Of a stretch of 24,895 nt of DNA, positions 17,012 through 24,895 are shown piece by piece. Within the stretch, counting starts at the first letter, position 1. Every line of letters starts with the position of its first letter. This stretch comes from Myxococcota bacterium. Lineage in GTDB: Bacteria; Myxococcota_A; UBA9160; UBA4427. Position numbers and translations under genes: made by a program. The notes below the pieces were generated by a model, which did no database searches, was not told where the DNA came from, and saw nothing but the letters and a program-made list of their open reading frames with translations. The stretch is taken from the NCBI GenBank assembly GCA_036336835.1, contig JAYZFK010000069.1, forward strand, positions 1-24,895, given 5' to 3'.

Positions 17012-18525
17012 TGGAGGCGCTGCGCAACGAGATCACTCTTGGGCTCGTCACCGTCTATCTGGCTGCCTGCATTGCGATCGGCTTCTGGGCGATGCGGAGG
17101 ACGCGCTCGAGCCGCGATTTCTTCGTCGCTGGCCGTCAGCTCGGCACCTGGGTGACCAGCATCGCCATCTTCTCGACGACGCTCTCGGGCTTCGGCTTCG
17201 TGGGCGGGCCCGGCATGGTCTACAGCATGGGGATCACCTCGGTCTGGCTGATCGTGACCTCGGTGACCGGCTACGTGCTGGCGTTCGTCCTGCTCGCGAA
17301 GCGGCTGCGGCTGCTGTCGGAGGCGCGGGACAGCGTCTCGCTTCCGGATGTGGTCACCGCGCGCTACGGCAGCGCGACGACGGGCGGGCTGGTCTCGCTC
17401 GCAATCGTGCTCGGCGTGCTCGGCTATCTCGCTACACAGATCCTCGCCATGGCGACCGTGCTGCAGGACGTGCTCGGTGCGTCGGTCGAATCCGCGTTCG
17501 CGGTCGACCGGGGCGCTGTCTCGCTCGAGGTGTGCACCGCGATCACCTGCGGCGTGCTGGTCGTGTACTGCACGACGGGGGGCATCATTGCGTCGGTCTA
17601 CACCGATGTAATGCAGGGCGCGATGATGGTGGTCGCGGCGGTGCTCGTATGCCTGGCCGCCAACGCCGCGATGCAGGGCGGATTTCCGGCCATCGGCGCC
17701 GCGCTCGTGGCGGACGACCCGGAGGCGATCGGGCCGTGGGGGACGCTCGGCATGCTTGGTAGCCTGTCGTTCTTCTCGCTCTACCTGCTGGGCACGGCCG
17801 GCCAGCCCCACGTGGTAACCAAGCTGATGATGACGCGGCACGTAGGCAGTGCGAAGCAGATCCTGCCCTTGTCGCTCGCCGGCTATACGATGTCGGCACT
17901 GCTGTGGGTGAGTGTCGGCCTGGTGATGCGCGCGCTCGTCGTCTCGGGAGGGCATGAGCCGCTTGCCACGTCCGACATGGCTGCACCCGTCTTCCTGCAG
18001 CGCTATGCCCACCCGATCCTTGCGGGTCTCGTCTTTGCGGGGCTGCTGGCGGCCATCATGTCGACCGCCGACGCGTTCCTGAACATCGGCGCGGCGGCGC
18101 TGGTGCACGACCTGCCGAAGGCCGTCCGAGGTCGGCCCTTCGCAAACGAGCTCCGGGCCGCTCGCATCGCGAGTGTCGGCCTCACGCTGGTGGGCGCGGC
18201 CTTCGCGCTGTACTCGCACCACGTGAACGCGAGGATGATCGGCTTCCTCGGCATCTTCGGCAGTGCCACGTTTGCCGCCGCGCTGGTTCCAGTGGTGGCG
18301 ATCGGGCTGAACTGGCGCCGGGCGACGCCACTCGCGGCCAGCTGCGCCATCGTGGTGAGCCTGCTGATCAACGTCGGTATCGAGGTGCTGGGTGTCCGGC
18401 TTCCGTTCGGAATCCACGGTGGCATCGTCGCGATGCTGTTCTCCCTTTCGCTCTTCTTCGGCATCTCACTCGCACAACGGCCGCCCGTGCTCGCTCCGGA
18501 TGTGGAGGCGGTGTTCGATGTCTGA
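17011..18525 (+). CDS. Sodium:solute symporter (SSS, PutP/PanF-like)
   Basis: DFFVAGRQLG, SGFGFVGGPG, YTDVMQG, GQPHVV and LAAIMSTAD motifs; about 13 hydrophobic segments. True start is ATG 17011, not 16696. Confidence 0.95.
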   Translation: MEALRNEITLGLVTVYLAACIAIGFWAMRRTRSSRDFFVAGRQLGTWVTSIAIFSTTLSGFGFVGGPGMVYSMGITSVWLIVTSVTGYVLAFVLLAKRLRLLSEARDSVSLPDVVTARYGSATTGGLVSLAIVLGVLGYLATQILAMATVLQDVLGASVESAFAVDRGAVSLEVCTAITCGVLVVYCTTGGIIASVYTDVMQGAMMVVAAVLVCLAANAAMQGGFPAIGAALVADDPEAIGPWGTLGMLGSLSFFSLYLLGTAGQPHVVTKLMMTRHVGSAKQILPLSLAGYTMSALLWVSVGLVMRALVVSGGHEPLATSDMAAPVFLQRYAHPILAGLVFAGLLAAIMSTADAFLNIGAAALVHDLPKAVRGRPFANELRAARIASVGLTLVGAAFALYSHHVNARMIGFLGIFGSATFAAALVPVVAIGLNWRRATPLAASCAIVVSLLINVGIEVLGVRLPFGIHGGIVAMLFSLSLFFGISLAQRPPVLAPDVEAVFDV

Positions 18526-19594
18526 CGTCACGTCGGCAGCCGGGCAGGCGCTCGCCGTTGCCCCGCACTTCGAGGCGTCGGCTGCGCCGCTGCGCGTCGA
18601 GCCGCTGGGTCGCGGTCACATCCACGTGACGTTCCATGCGATCTACGCCGACTCGGACCGCGATCTCGTGTTGCAGCAGCTGAACGAGCACGTTTTTCCC
18701 GACCTCGAGGCGGTGATGGGAAACATTGCCGCAGTGACCGGTCACCTGCGGCGGCGGGGTGGCGGCGTGCGCGGCACGCTCGAGCTGGTGGCCGCCACCG
18801 GGGGCGAGCTGCTGGTGCGCGACAGCATGGGCGCCGCCTGGCGCGCGTTCCGCTTCGTGGCGGGGACGCGCAGCTACGACGCGGTGCCCAACGACGACGT
18901 CGCGCGCGCGGCGGCACACGCCTTCGGGAGCTTTGCCGCGGCCCTGGCCGATCTCGATCCCGGCGGCCTCGCAGTGCCGATCCCGCACTTCCACGATCTG
19001 TCTGCCCGGCTCGGACAGCTGCGCGAGGCGGCTGGCACGAACTCGGTCGGCCGCCTCGAGGAGGTGACCGCGGAGTGCGACGCCATCCTCGGGTTGGGCG
19101 ATACGATCGGAGGGGCGCTCGCGCGGGGCGGTGCCTCGCGCTTGCCGCGGCGCGTCGTCCACAACGACTGCAAGGTCAACAACCTGCTGTTCGACGAGGC
19201 GACCGGCGAGCCGCTCTGCGTCGTCGACCTCGACACCGTCATGCCGGGTCCCGTTCTGGTCGACTTCGGCGAGCTGGTGCGCACGGCGGCCTGCGACGCG
19301 GCCGAGGGCGAGCTGGATCTCTCGCGGGTGGTCTACTCGCCCAGCCGCTTCGAGGCCCTTGCGGACGGATACCTGGCCGGCGTCGGCCCGGTGCTGACCC
19401 CGAGTGAGCGCACACTGCTGTGGGCCGGACCGCCCTGGATGGCGCTCGAGAACGCAGCGCGCTTCCTGGCCGATCATCTCGGCGGCGACCGCTACTTCCG
19501 TGCTGGCGACAACCGGGCTCGCGCCCGCGCGCAGCTGCGGCTCGCCGAGCAGCTCTGGGAAGCCCGGGATGCGCTGCGCTCGGCGCTGCGGTGA
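18518..19594 (+). CDS. APH/choline-kinase superfamily phosphotransferase, N-acetylhexosamine 1-kinase-like
   Basis: GRGHIHVTF glycine loop, LQQLN, IPHFHD, HNDCKVNNLLFD catalytic loop, VVDLDTVMPG, DFGE, RFLADHLGGDRYF. Start ATG 18518 overlaps the symporter by 8 nt. Confidence 0.88.
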   Translation: MSDVTSAAGQALAVAPHFEASAAPLRVEPLGRGHIHVTFHAIYADSDRDLVLQQLNEHVFPDLEAVMGNIAAVTGHLRRRGGGVRGTLELVAATGGELLVRDSMGAAWRAFRFVAGTRSYDAVPNDDVARAAAHAFGSFAAALADLDPGGLAVPIPHFHDLSARLGQLREAAGTNSVGRLEEVTAECDAILGLGDTIGGALARGGASRLPRRVVHNDCKVNNLLFDEATGEPLCVVDLDTVMPGPVLVDFGELVRTAACDAAEGELDLSRVVYSPSRFEALADGYLAGVGPVLTPSERTLLWAGPPWMALENAARFLADHLGGDRYFRAGDNRARARAQLRLAEQLWEARDALRSALR

Positions 19595-19684
19595 CCAGCG
19601 TCAGGTGGGAGTTCACGCTGACACGCCGGCGGGTTAGGATCGAGCCGGGCAATCGGGCCCTTGCGGCGGACCGGGAGGACACGC

Positions 19685-21223
19685 ATGGCCATCTATCAGC
19701 CGATCGACAGTGAGGGTCACCGGCGCCGCCTCGAGCTGTACAGCCCCGTCGATCTCGAGTCGATCGGAACGATCGACTGCGCGACACGCGACGACGTGCG
19801 CGCGGCGCTCGAGCGCGCGCGCAAGGCGCAGCCGGCCTGGAAAGAGCTGTCGTTCCAGGCGCGCGCCCGCTTCGTTGATCGCTTCATCGCCCGGTTCCTG
19901 GAGCGTCAGGACGAGGTCCTCGAGGTCATTGCGCAAGAGACCGGCAAGACGCGGACCGAGGCGATCCAGATGGAGCTGCTGGCCCCCCTGATGGCGGCGT
20001 CCTATTACGCAAAGCGAGCGGAGCGGTTCCTCCGGCCGCGCAGGCGCCGTATCAGCGGCCTGCTCGGCATGGGCAAGCAACTGCGGATCGCCTATCTGCC
20101 ACTGGGTGTCGTCGGGATCATCACGCCGTGGAACGGCCCAGTCGCGCTTGCGGTGAATCCGATCGTCCAGGCGTTGATGGCCGGCAACGCGGTGTTGCTC
20201 AAGCCCTCGGAGGTCACGCCCTTCTCGGGTCAGCTCGTGGTCGAGATGTTCCACGAGGCGGGGCTCCCCGACGACGTGCTTCAGGTGCTGGTCGGCGATG
20301 GCGAGACGGGGGCGGCCCTGGTGGATGCCGGGGTCGACAAGATCTCGTTTACCGGCAGCGTCGCCACCGGCCGCAAGGTGGCCGAGGCCTGCGGTCGCCA
20401 GCTGATCCCGTGCACGCTCGAGCTCGGCGGCAAGGACGCGATGATCGTCTGCAGCGATGCGGATCTCGACCGCGCGGCTGCCGGCGCGCTGATCGGTTCG
20501 TGTATGAACACGGGTCAGTACTGCTGTGGTACCGAGCGCATCTACGTGGTCGATGAGAACCACGACGTCTTCGTCGACAAAGTGGTCGAGCGGGCGCGGC
20601 AGCTGCGCCAGGGCGACCGCGGCGAATACGACGTCGGCGCCATCTTCTGGGACAAGCAGATCGAGATCGTCGAGCGCCACGTCGGAGATGCCGTCGCCCA
20701 GGGTGCACGAGTGCTCGTCGGCGGCCGCCGGAATCCAGACCTCAAGGGTCTCTACTACGAGCCGACCGTCATCGTCGACGTGAACCACGACATGGAGCTG
20801 ATGCAGCAGGAGACGTTCGGGCCGATCGTGGCGATCCAGCGCGTCGCCGACGAGGCCGAGGCCATCGCGCTGGCCAACGACTCGGGGTATGGCCTCAACG
20901 GCAATGTCTGGACGCGGGACAAGGAGAAGGGCTTCGAGATCGCGCAGCAGCTCGAGACGGGTGGCGTCTGCGTGAACGACATGGCTGTCACGTACGGCAT
21001 CCCCGAGGCCCCGTTCGGGGGGCGCAAGGCGAGCGGCGTGGGGCAGGTCAACGGCAAGAAGGGCCTGCGCAGCTACGCGCACGAGCTGCCGGTCATCATC
21101 GACCGCAGTAGCAAGAATCGCTACCGCGGAGGATATCCCTACACGCGCAAGGCGGAGGACGGCATGCTCCGTTTCGCGAAGTTTCTGTTCGGCAGCGCTG
21201 TGCTGCGGAGGTGGCTCGGGTGA
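19685..21223 (+). CDS. Aldehyde dehydrogenase
   Basis: ITPWN, LKPSE, FTGSVATG, catalytic Glu (LELGGK), catalytic Cys (GQYCC), ETFGP, PFGGRKASG. GGGAGGA RBS before ATG 19685. Confidence 0.96.
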   Translation: MAIYQPIDSEGHRRRLELYSPVDLESIGTIDCATRDDVRAALERARKAQPAWKELSFQARARFVDRFIARFLERQDEVLEVIAQETGKTRTEAIQMELLAPLMAASYYAKRAERFLRPRRRRISGLLGMGKQLRIAYLPLGVVGIITPWNGPVALAVNPIVQALMAGNAVLLKPSEVTPFSGQLVVEMFHEAGLPDDVLQVLVGDGETGAALVDAGVDKISFTGSVATGRKVAEACGRQLIPCTLELGGKDAMIVCSDADLDRAAAGALIGSCMNTGQYCCGTERIYVVDENHDVFVDKVVERARQLRQGDRGEYDVGAIFWDKQIEIVERHVGDAVAQGARVLVGGRRNPDLKGLYYEPTVIVDVNHDMELMQQETFGPIVAIQRVADEAEAIALANDSGYGLNGNVWTRDKEKGFEIAQQLETGGVCVNDMAVTYGIPEAPFGGRKASGVGQVNGKKGLRSYAHELPVIIDRSSKNRYRGGYPYTRKAEDGMLRFAKFLFGSAVLRRWLG

Positions 21224-21300
21224 ATAAGCACGGAAAATAATGAATAAACAATATCTATGGAAAAAATCTATTATGTGTGATTGAAATTACATGCTAGACT
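21224..21300 (+). promoter_or_regulatory. AT-rich promoter region with CRP/FNR-family-like site
   Basis: 21224-21290 has 16 G+C in 67 nt (24%). TGTGA-ttgaaa-TTACA at 21276-21291 matches TGTGA-N6-TCACA at 9 of 10 positions. TAGACT -10-like hexamer at 21295-21300. Confidence 0.55.
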
Positions 21301-21372
21301 GGGGTCGCGTCTGGCTGGTATCATCGGGCGCCGCAAGCACAGGGACCCTCGACCTCAGGTGGGCCTCGACAC

Positions 21373-22890
21373 ATGCAGCTTCGTACCCCGTCCACTCGCC
21401 GTGGGAGCCGCGGCCGGCCTCGCCGCTGGGATCAGATCGACCTCCAGCCGGCGACCGGCGACCGGAATCTGGAAGAACACGCTTATGAGCAGGGCCGACG
21501 CAACCTGCCCCCGGCGGGTGCCGCCGTCCCGGACGCGATGGAGTGCCTGATCTCGGATCACTTCGAGAGTGAGCACCAGTCGCTGACGCTCCGCGTGCTC
21601 GACCACGTCCGCCAGACCTATCGCGCCGCCCTCGACGGGCTCGCCCACCGCACGCCGCACGCGCTGACCGGGCTGATGGCCCGCCTCCAGGTGGAGGTGA
21701 CGGCTTCCACCATCTCCGACAAGACCGAGCTGCTGCGCCGCCGCGAAGAGGAGCGCGCTGCGCGGCAGTACCTCAAGAAGTTTCGCGCGGCCGAGCACAT
21801 CACACGGCCGGCCGAGATGCCCAGCTCGCGCGTGTTCCACTTCGCGATCGTCGCGGTGGTGATCGTGCTCGAGTCGGCGGCCAATATGTACTTCTTCGCG
21901 CAGGGCAGCGAGCTCGGCCTGCTCGGCGGCTTGCTTCAGGCGTTGATCGTCTCGCTCGCCAACGTGGGGCTCGCGGTTGCGACCGGCATGTTCGTTTTGC
22001 CGTACCTGAATCACCGGCGCCCCAGCGCGGTGATGCTCGCCAGCTTTGGCCTCTCGATGTTCGTTGGCTTCGTGTTGTTCTTCAATCTCGCGGCCTCGCA
22101 CTATCGCGATCTGCTCGAGGTCGATTTCGACGGGGCGATGGTGCAGGCGCTGCCGTCCCTGATGCGTGATCCGACTGCGTTGAGCTTCAACAGCCTCACG
22201 CTGCTCGGGGTTGGCCTGCTCGCGGCTGGGCTCGGTCTCTACAAGGGCTACACTGCCGACGATCGCTACCCGGGACTCGGCAGGGCGCAGCGGCGCTACA
22301 TGGCGGCGCGCGGCCGATTCGAGGTCGAGGTGGACAAGGTGCGCAGCTCACTGATCGACACCGCGCGCCGCGTTCGCGAGGAGACCACCTCCCTGCTGAA
22401 GCGCAACGCCGATCGTCTGACCCGCGTTGCCTCGCTGCTCGAGGACGTTCGCACCGTCGAGCAGGGCTACGAGAACCTGCGCGGTCAGCTCGAGACCGAG
22501 TGTCATCACAGCCTGCGTCGTTACCGCGAGGCCAACCAGCTGGTGCGCGATCTCGCCAAGCACCCCGCGCCGGAGTACTTCAAGCGCTACCCGGAGTTCG
22601 AGAACGCGCTGAGCGGCCGCGAGCTGTTCGGCCATCAGCTCCAGCTCGCCGAGAAGAGCCTGCGCCGCGAGCACGAGGAGCAGGAACGGCTGGTCGAGAG
22701 CGTGGCGCAGCTCAATATCGAGATGGCCCGCCGGGTCCAGGCGACCTCCGACCGGATCGACGCCTTCGTAGCCGGTGCCTCCGACTATCTCGACCTCGAG
22801 ATCTCCGTCGATCCGGCGGGAGGCGAAGGGCGCTACTCCTCGCCGGAGCTGCTCTCGGGCGAGCTCGGACCCGACGGCTTCGAGTTCTGA
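21373..22890 (+). CDS. Hypothetical membrane protein: helical N-terminus, 4 TM segments, long C-terminal coiled-coil-like tail
   Basis: 505-aa ORF with high-GC codon bias, four hydrophobic segments in the middle, and E/R/L/Q-rich helical flanks. Start uncertain. Confidence 0.85.
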   Translation: MQLRTPSTRRGSRGRPRRWDQIDLQPATGDRNLEEHAYEQGRRNLPPAGAAVPDAMECLISDHFESEHQSLTLRVLDHVRQTYRAALDGLAHRTPHALTGLMARLQVEVTASTISDKTELLRRREEERAARQYLKKFRAAEHITRPAEMPSSRVFHFAIVAVVIVLESAANMYFFAQGSELGLLGGLLQALIVSLANVGLAVATGMFVLPYLNHRRPSAVMLASFGLSMFVGFVLFFNLAASHYRDLLEVDFDGAMVQALPSLMRDPTALSFNSLTLLGVGLLAAGLGLYKGYTADDRYPGLGRAQRRYMAARGRFEVEVDKVRSSLIDTARRVREETTSLLKRNADRLTRVASLLEDVRTVEQGYENLRGQLETECHHSLRRYREANQLVRDLAKHPAPEYFKRYPEFENALSGRELFGHQLQLAEKSLRREHEEQERLVESVAQLNIEMARRVQATSDRIDAFVAGASDYLDLEISVDPAGGEGRYSSPELLSGELGPDGFEF

Positions 22891-22894
22891 TCGC

Positions 22895-23674
22895 TTGGCA
22901 GCGACGCGCGAGGACTGGCTCGGCTGGGTGCTGATCGGCGGCTGTCTGCTGCTGGTCGGTTCGGCGTTTGCCGCTGCGGCCTGGCTGCAGGCCGGCAAGC
23001 TGGAAGTCGACCCCGAGACCCTGTGCCCCGTCGACGCCCCGCCGCTAGCGCACGTAGTGTTCCTGATCGACAAGACGGACCCGCTGACCCAGCGGAGGGT
23101 CGAGACACTGACGGCCGAGCTGCACGAGGCGCGGCGCTCGCTCGGGATCGGCGAGCGCCTGTCGGTGTTCCTGATCCACGACCGCGTCGAAACCGAGTTC
23201 TCGCCGCTCTTCTCGCGTTGCAGCCCGGGCCGTGGTGCGCAGGCGAACGAGCTGTACGAGAACCCGCGCATGATCCAGCGCGTGTTCGACCAGGCCTTCG
23301 GCGAGCCGGTCGAGCAGGCGCTCGCCGAGCTCGTGCGCGCGACGACGGCCCCACGCTCGCCGATTCTGGAGGCGATCCGACTCGTCGCCGAGTGGCCGCC
23401 GTTCCGCGACGCGTCGCGGCGGCGCCTGATCGTGGTCTCGGATCTGCTGCAGAACGTCGACGAGCTCTCGCACTATCGCCCCCTGCCGTCGTTCCAGGAG
23501 CTGGCACAGGGCGACTATCTCGCGCGCATGCTGCCGGATCTCGAGTCGGTCCAGGTGAGTCTCCAGCTGATCGAGCGACCAGTCGGGGGAGCGGTCCCCC
23601 CGATCCAGGACGCCGAGCACGCTGCCTTCTGGGACGGCTACTTCGCCGCGGCCGGAGCGCGGCGGGCTCCCTGA
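22895..23674 (+). CDS. Hypothetical single-TM protein with VWA-like domain
   Basis: TTG 22895, 4 nt after the previous stop. N-terminal TM helix, then VVFLIDKTD (beta1 plus MIDAS-like), SPILEAI and LIVVSDLLQN (beta4-Asp). Confidence 0.75.
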   Translation: MAATREDWLGWVLIGGCLLLVGSAFAAAAWLQAGKLEVDPETLCPVDAPPLAHVVFLIDKTDPLTQRRVETLTAELHEARRSLGIGERLSVFLIHDRVETEFSPLFSRCSPGRGAQANELYENPRMIQRVFDQAFGEPVEQALAELVRATTAPRSPILEAIRLVAEWPPFRDASRRRLIVVSDLLQNVDELSHYRPLPSFQELAQGDYLARMLPDLESVQVSLQLIERPVGGAVPPIQDAEHAAFWDGYFAAAGARRAP

Positions 23675-23692
23675 GCCGGGGCGGCCAGGCCG

Positions 23693-24106
23693 CTAGGGAT
23701 CGAGGCGCGCGGTGGCGCTGCCCGACAGCACGGGCTCGCCGTGCTGGTTGCGGGTCTCCATGGCCAGGTCGGCCTCGGGCGGATCGGCGCGCACCTGCGT
23801 CACCGTGAGGTGCGTGGTCAGCGAGTCGCCGGGCCAGACCTGTGCCACGAAGCGCGCCCTGTAGCGCAGCAGGCGCCCATCGCCCACGAAGTGGGTCAGT
23901 GCCTTGCCCGCCAGGCCCATCGTCAACATGCCGTGGGCGAAGGTGCCCGGGTAGCCCCTCGCCTTCGCGTAGGTCTCATCGGTGTGAAAGGGCTGGAAGT
24001 CTCCGGAGGCTCCGGCGTACATCACGATCCGTGTGCGCGACAGGTCTTCGACCACGATTTCCTCGTGGCTGTCACCCGGTCGGAGCTTCGAGGCCTGGAG
24101 CGTCAC
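23693..24106 (-). CDS. MaoC-family (hotdog fold) dehydratase, catalytic subunit
   Basis: Hydratase-2 motif YAGASGDFQPFHTD...FAHGM, and RFVAQVWPGD. Confidence 0.93.
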   Translation of the reverse strand: MTLQASKLRPGDSHEEIVVEDLSRTRIVMYAGASGDFQPFHTDETYAKARGYPGTFAHGMLTMGLAGKALTHFVGDGRLLRYRARFVAQVWPGDSLTTHLTVTQVRADPPEADLAMETRNQHGEPVLSGSATARLDP

Positions 24107-24108
24107 CC

Positions 24109-24591
24109 TCAGGTCACCTGGTTCTCGGTGCCGACGCCGACGAAGCGCGCGGTGACGACGAGCTCGCCGGCCTCGTTGCGGTACTCGGTGATCGTCTCCG
24201 AGAACGACAGGGTGCCGCCGCGCCGCCCCTGCTTCTGCCAGCTGCGACCGCTGCGGATCGTGGCGCAGAGCGTCTCGCCCGGCCGGATGGCGCGGTGGTA
24301 CTCGAACTCCTGCTCCGCGTGGAAGCCGAGCCCGCCGCTCGCGCCCGGTGGCTCAGCGGGACCGATCGGCTCGCGTCCGGAGCCGTACCAGGCCCTGCCG
24401 TGATGGGGCCGGCGGTCGTACTCGGGGTCCCAGTGCTCGGCGGCCTGCGTGAAGGTTGGAGGAGCGATCACGCCGCCGCACTCCGTTGTGGCTGCGTAGG
24501 CTGGATCCGAGTAGATCGGGTTGGGGTCGTCGAGAGCGCGAGCAAACAGCTCGATGTGTCCGGCCTCGACGGGAAAGCGATGGCTGCGCAT
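24109..24591 (-). CDS. MaoC N-terminal-type (HadA-like) dehydratase partner subunit
   Basis: VEAGHIELFARALDDPNPIY..APPTF, HAEQEFEYHRAIRPGE. Ends 2 nt before the catalytic MaoC gene. Confidence 0.9.
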   Translation of the reverse strand: MRSHRFPVEAGHIELFARALDDPNPIYSDPAYAATTECGGVIAPPTFTQAAEHWDPEYDRRPHHGRAWYGSGREPIGPAEPPGASGGLGFHAEQEFEYHRAIRPGETLCATIRSGRSWQKQGRRGGTLSFSETITEYRNEAGELVVTARFVGVGTENQVT

Positions 24592-24608
24592 GGGGTCGAC
24601 GGCCCCGA

Positions 24609-24895
24609 CTAGCTTCGCAGGACCTCGAGCTGCTGCTTTCGCGCCTCGAGGTACTTCCTGTACTGCTCGGCGGACTTCTTGCTGTTGTCGAATCGGGCGG
24701 CAGCATCGAACGAAGCCCGCGCGCCCTTCCAGCTCTCGCGGTTCATTCGGGCCACGCCGCGCAGCAGATGGACGTTTCCCCGATCCTTCAGCTCCTCGTG
24801 GTCGAGCGCTTTGCCGAGCGCCTCGTCGGCCTCCTTCCAGCGCTGCTTCTGCACGTAGGCCTGTCCCAGACGCATGTATAGATCTCCGTCTTCGG
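24609..24895 (-). CDS. Tetratricopeptide repeat protein, C-terminal part (runs off window)
   Basis: Frame is open to the edge: EDGDLYMRLGQAYVQKQRWKEADEALGKAL...GNVHLLRGVARMNRESWKGARASFDAAA, two TPR-like helix pairs. Reminiscent of TPR proteins in TonB/ExbBD operons (unverified). Confidence 0.8.
   Translation of the reverse strand, partial: EDGDLYMRLGQAYVQKQRWKEADEALGKALDHEELKDRGNVHLLRGVARMNRESWKGARASFDAAARFDNSKKSAEQYRKYLEARKQQLEVLRS

Noticed and set aside
13068..21082. Other long overlapping ORFs (13068..14588 +, 14659..16407 -, 16936..18417 -, 18368..19477 -, 19634..21082 -)
   Set aside because: All are antisense to genes with clear family motifs and have shadow-like composition.
21281..21550. 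89-aa and 65-aa small ORFs overlapping the AT-rich region and the start of the membrane protein
   Set aside because: No RBS or motifs, and they overlap a better-supported ORF in another frame.
24104..24111. TGA read-through fusing the two MaoC genes (also checked at 17009-17013 and 22888-22897)
   Set aside because: The downstream genes are in different frames, so these are ordinary stops.
1..24895. CRISPR arrays, IS elements, integrases, rRNA/tRNA
   Set aside because: No regularly spaced repeats, transposase or integrase motifs, or RNA gene signatures seen by eye.

Overview
High-GC (roughly 68-70% by eye) bacterial chromosomal window with 18 protein-coding genes. I saw no rRNA, tRNA, CRISPR array or recognisable mobile element. 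The gene mix (DUF3604, PhyH-like, MaoC pair, SDR, acyl-CoA ligase, ALDH) resembles uncultured marine Myxococcota/Binatia-type genomes, but that is an inference. Gene order: partial PhyH-like dioxygenase (-); SDR (+); DsbA/HCCA-isomerase (GST-kappa-like) protein (-); a glycan-processing block (1231-aa secreted LamG/cytochrome c/beta-propeller protein, DUF1080 protein, sulfatase, GH78 rhamnosidase); DUF3604 lipoprotein; secreted alpha/beta hydrolase; acyl-CoA synthetase; a membrane protein-SSS symporter-kinase unit followed by an ALDH; an uncharacterised 4-TM coiled-coil + VWA-like pair behind an AT-rich promoter; a MaoC pair; and a partial TPR protein. Top finding: the DsbA-like gene is longer than the ORF track shows. 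It has an in-frame TGA at the catalytic position (YFDYA-U-PWAY) followed by a bacterial SECIS-like hairpin, so it is a probable selenoprotein. Next are the uncharacterised membrane/VWA-like two-gene module and a possible structured RNA at 13067-13185.
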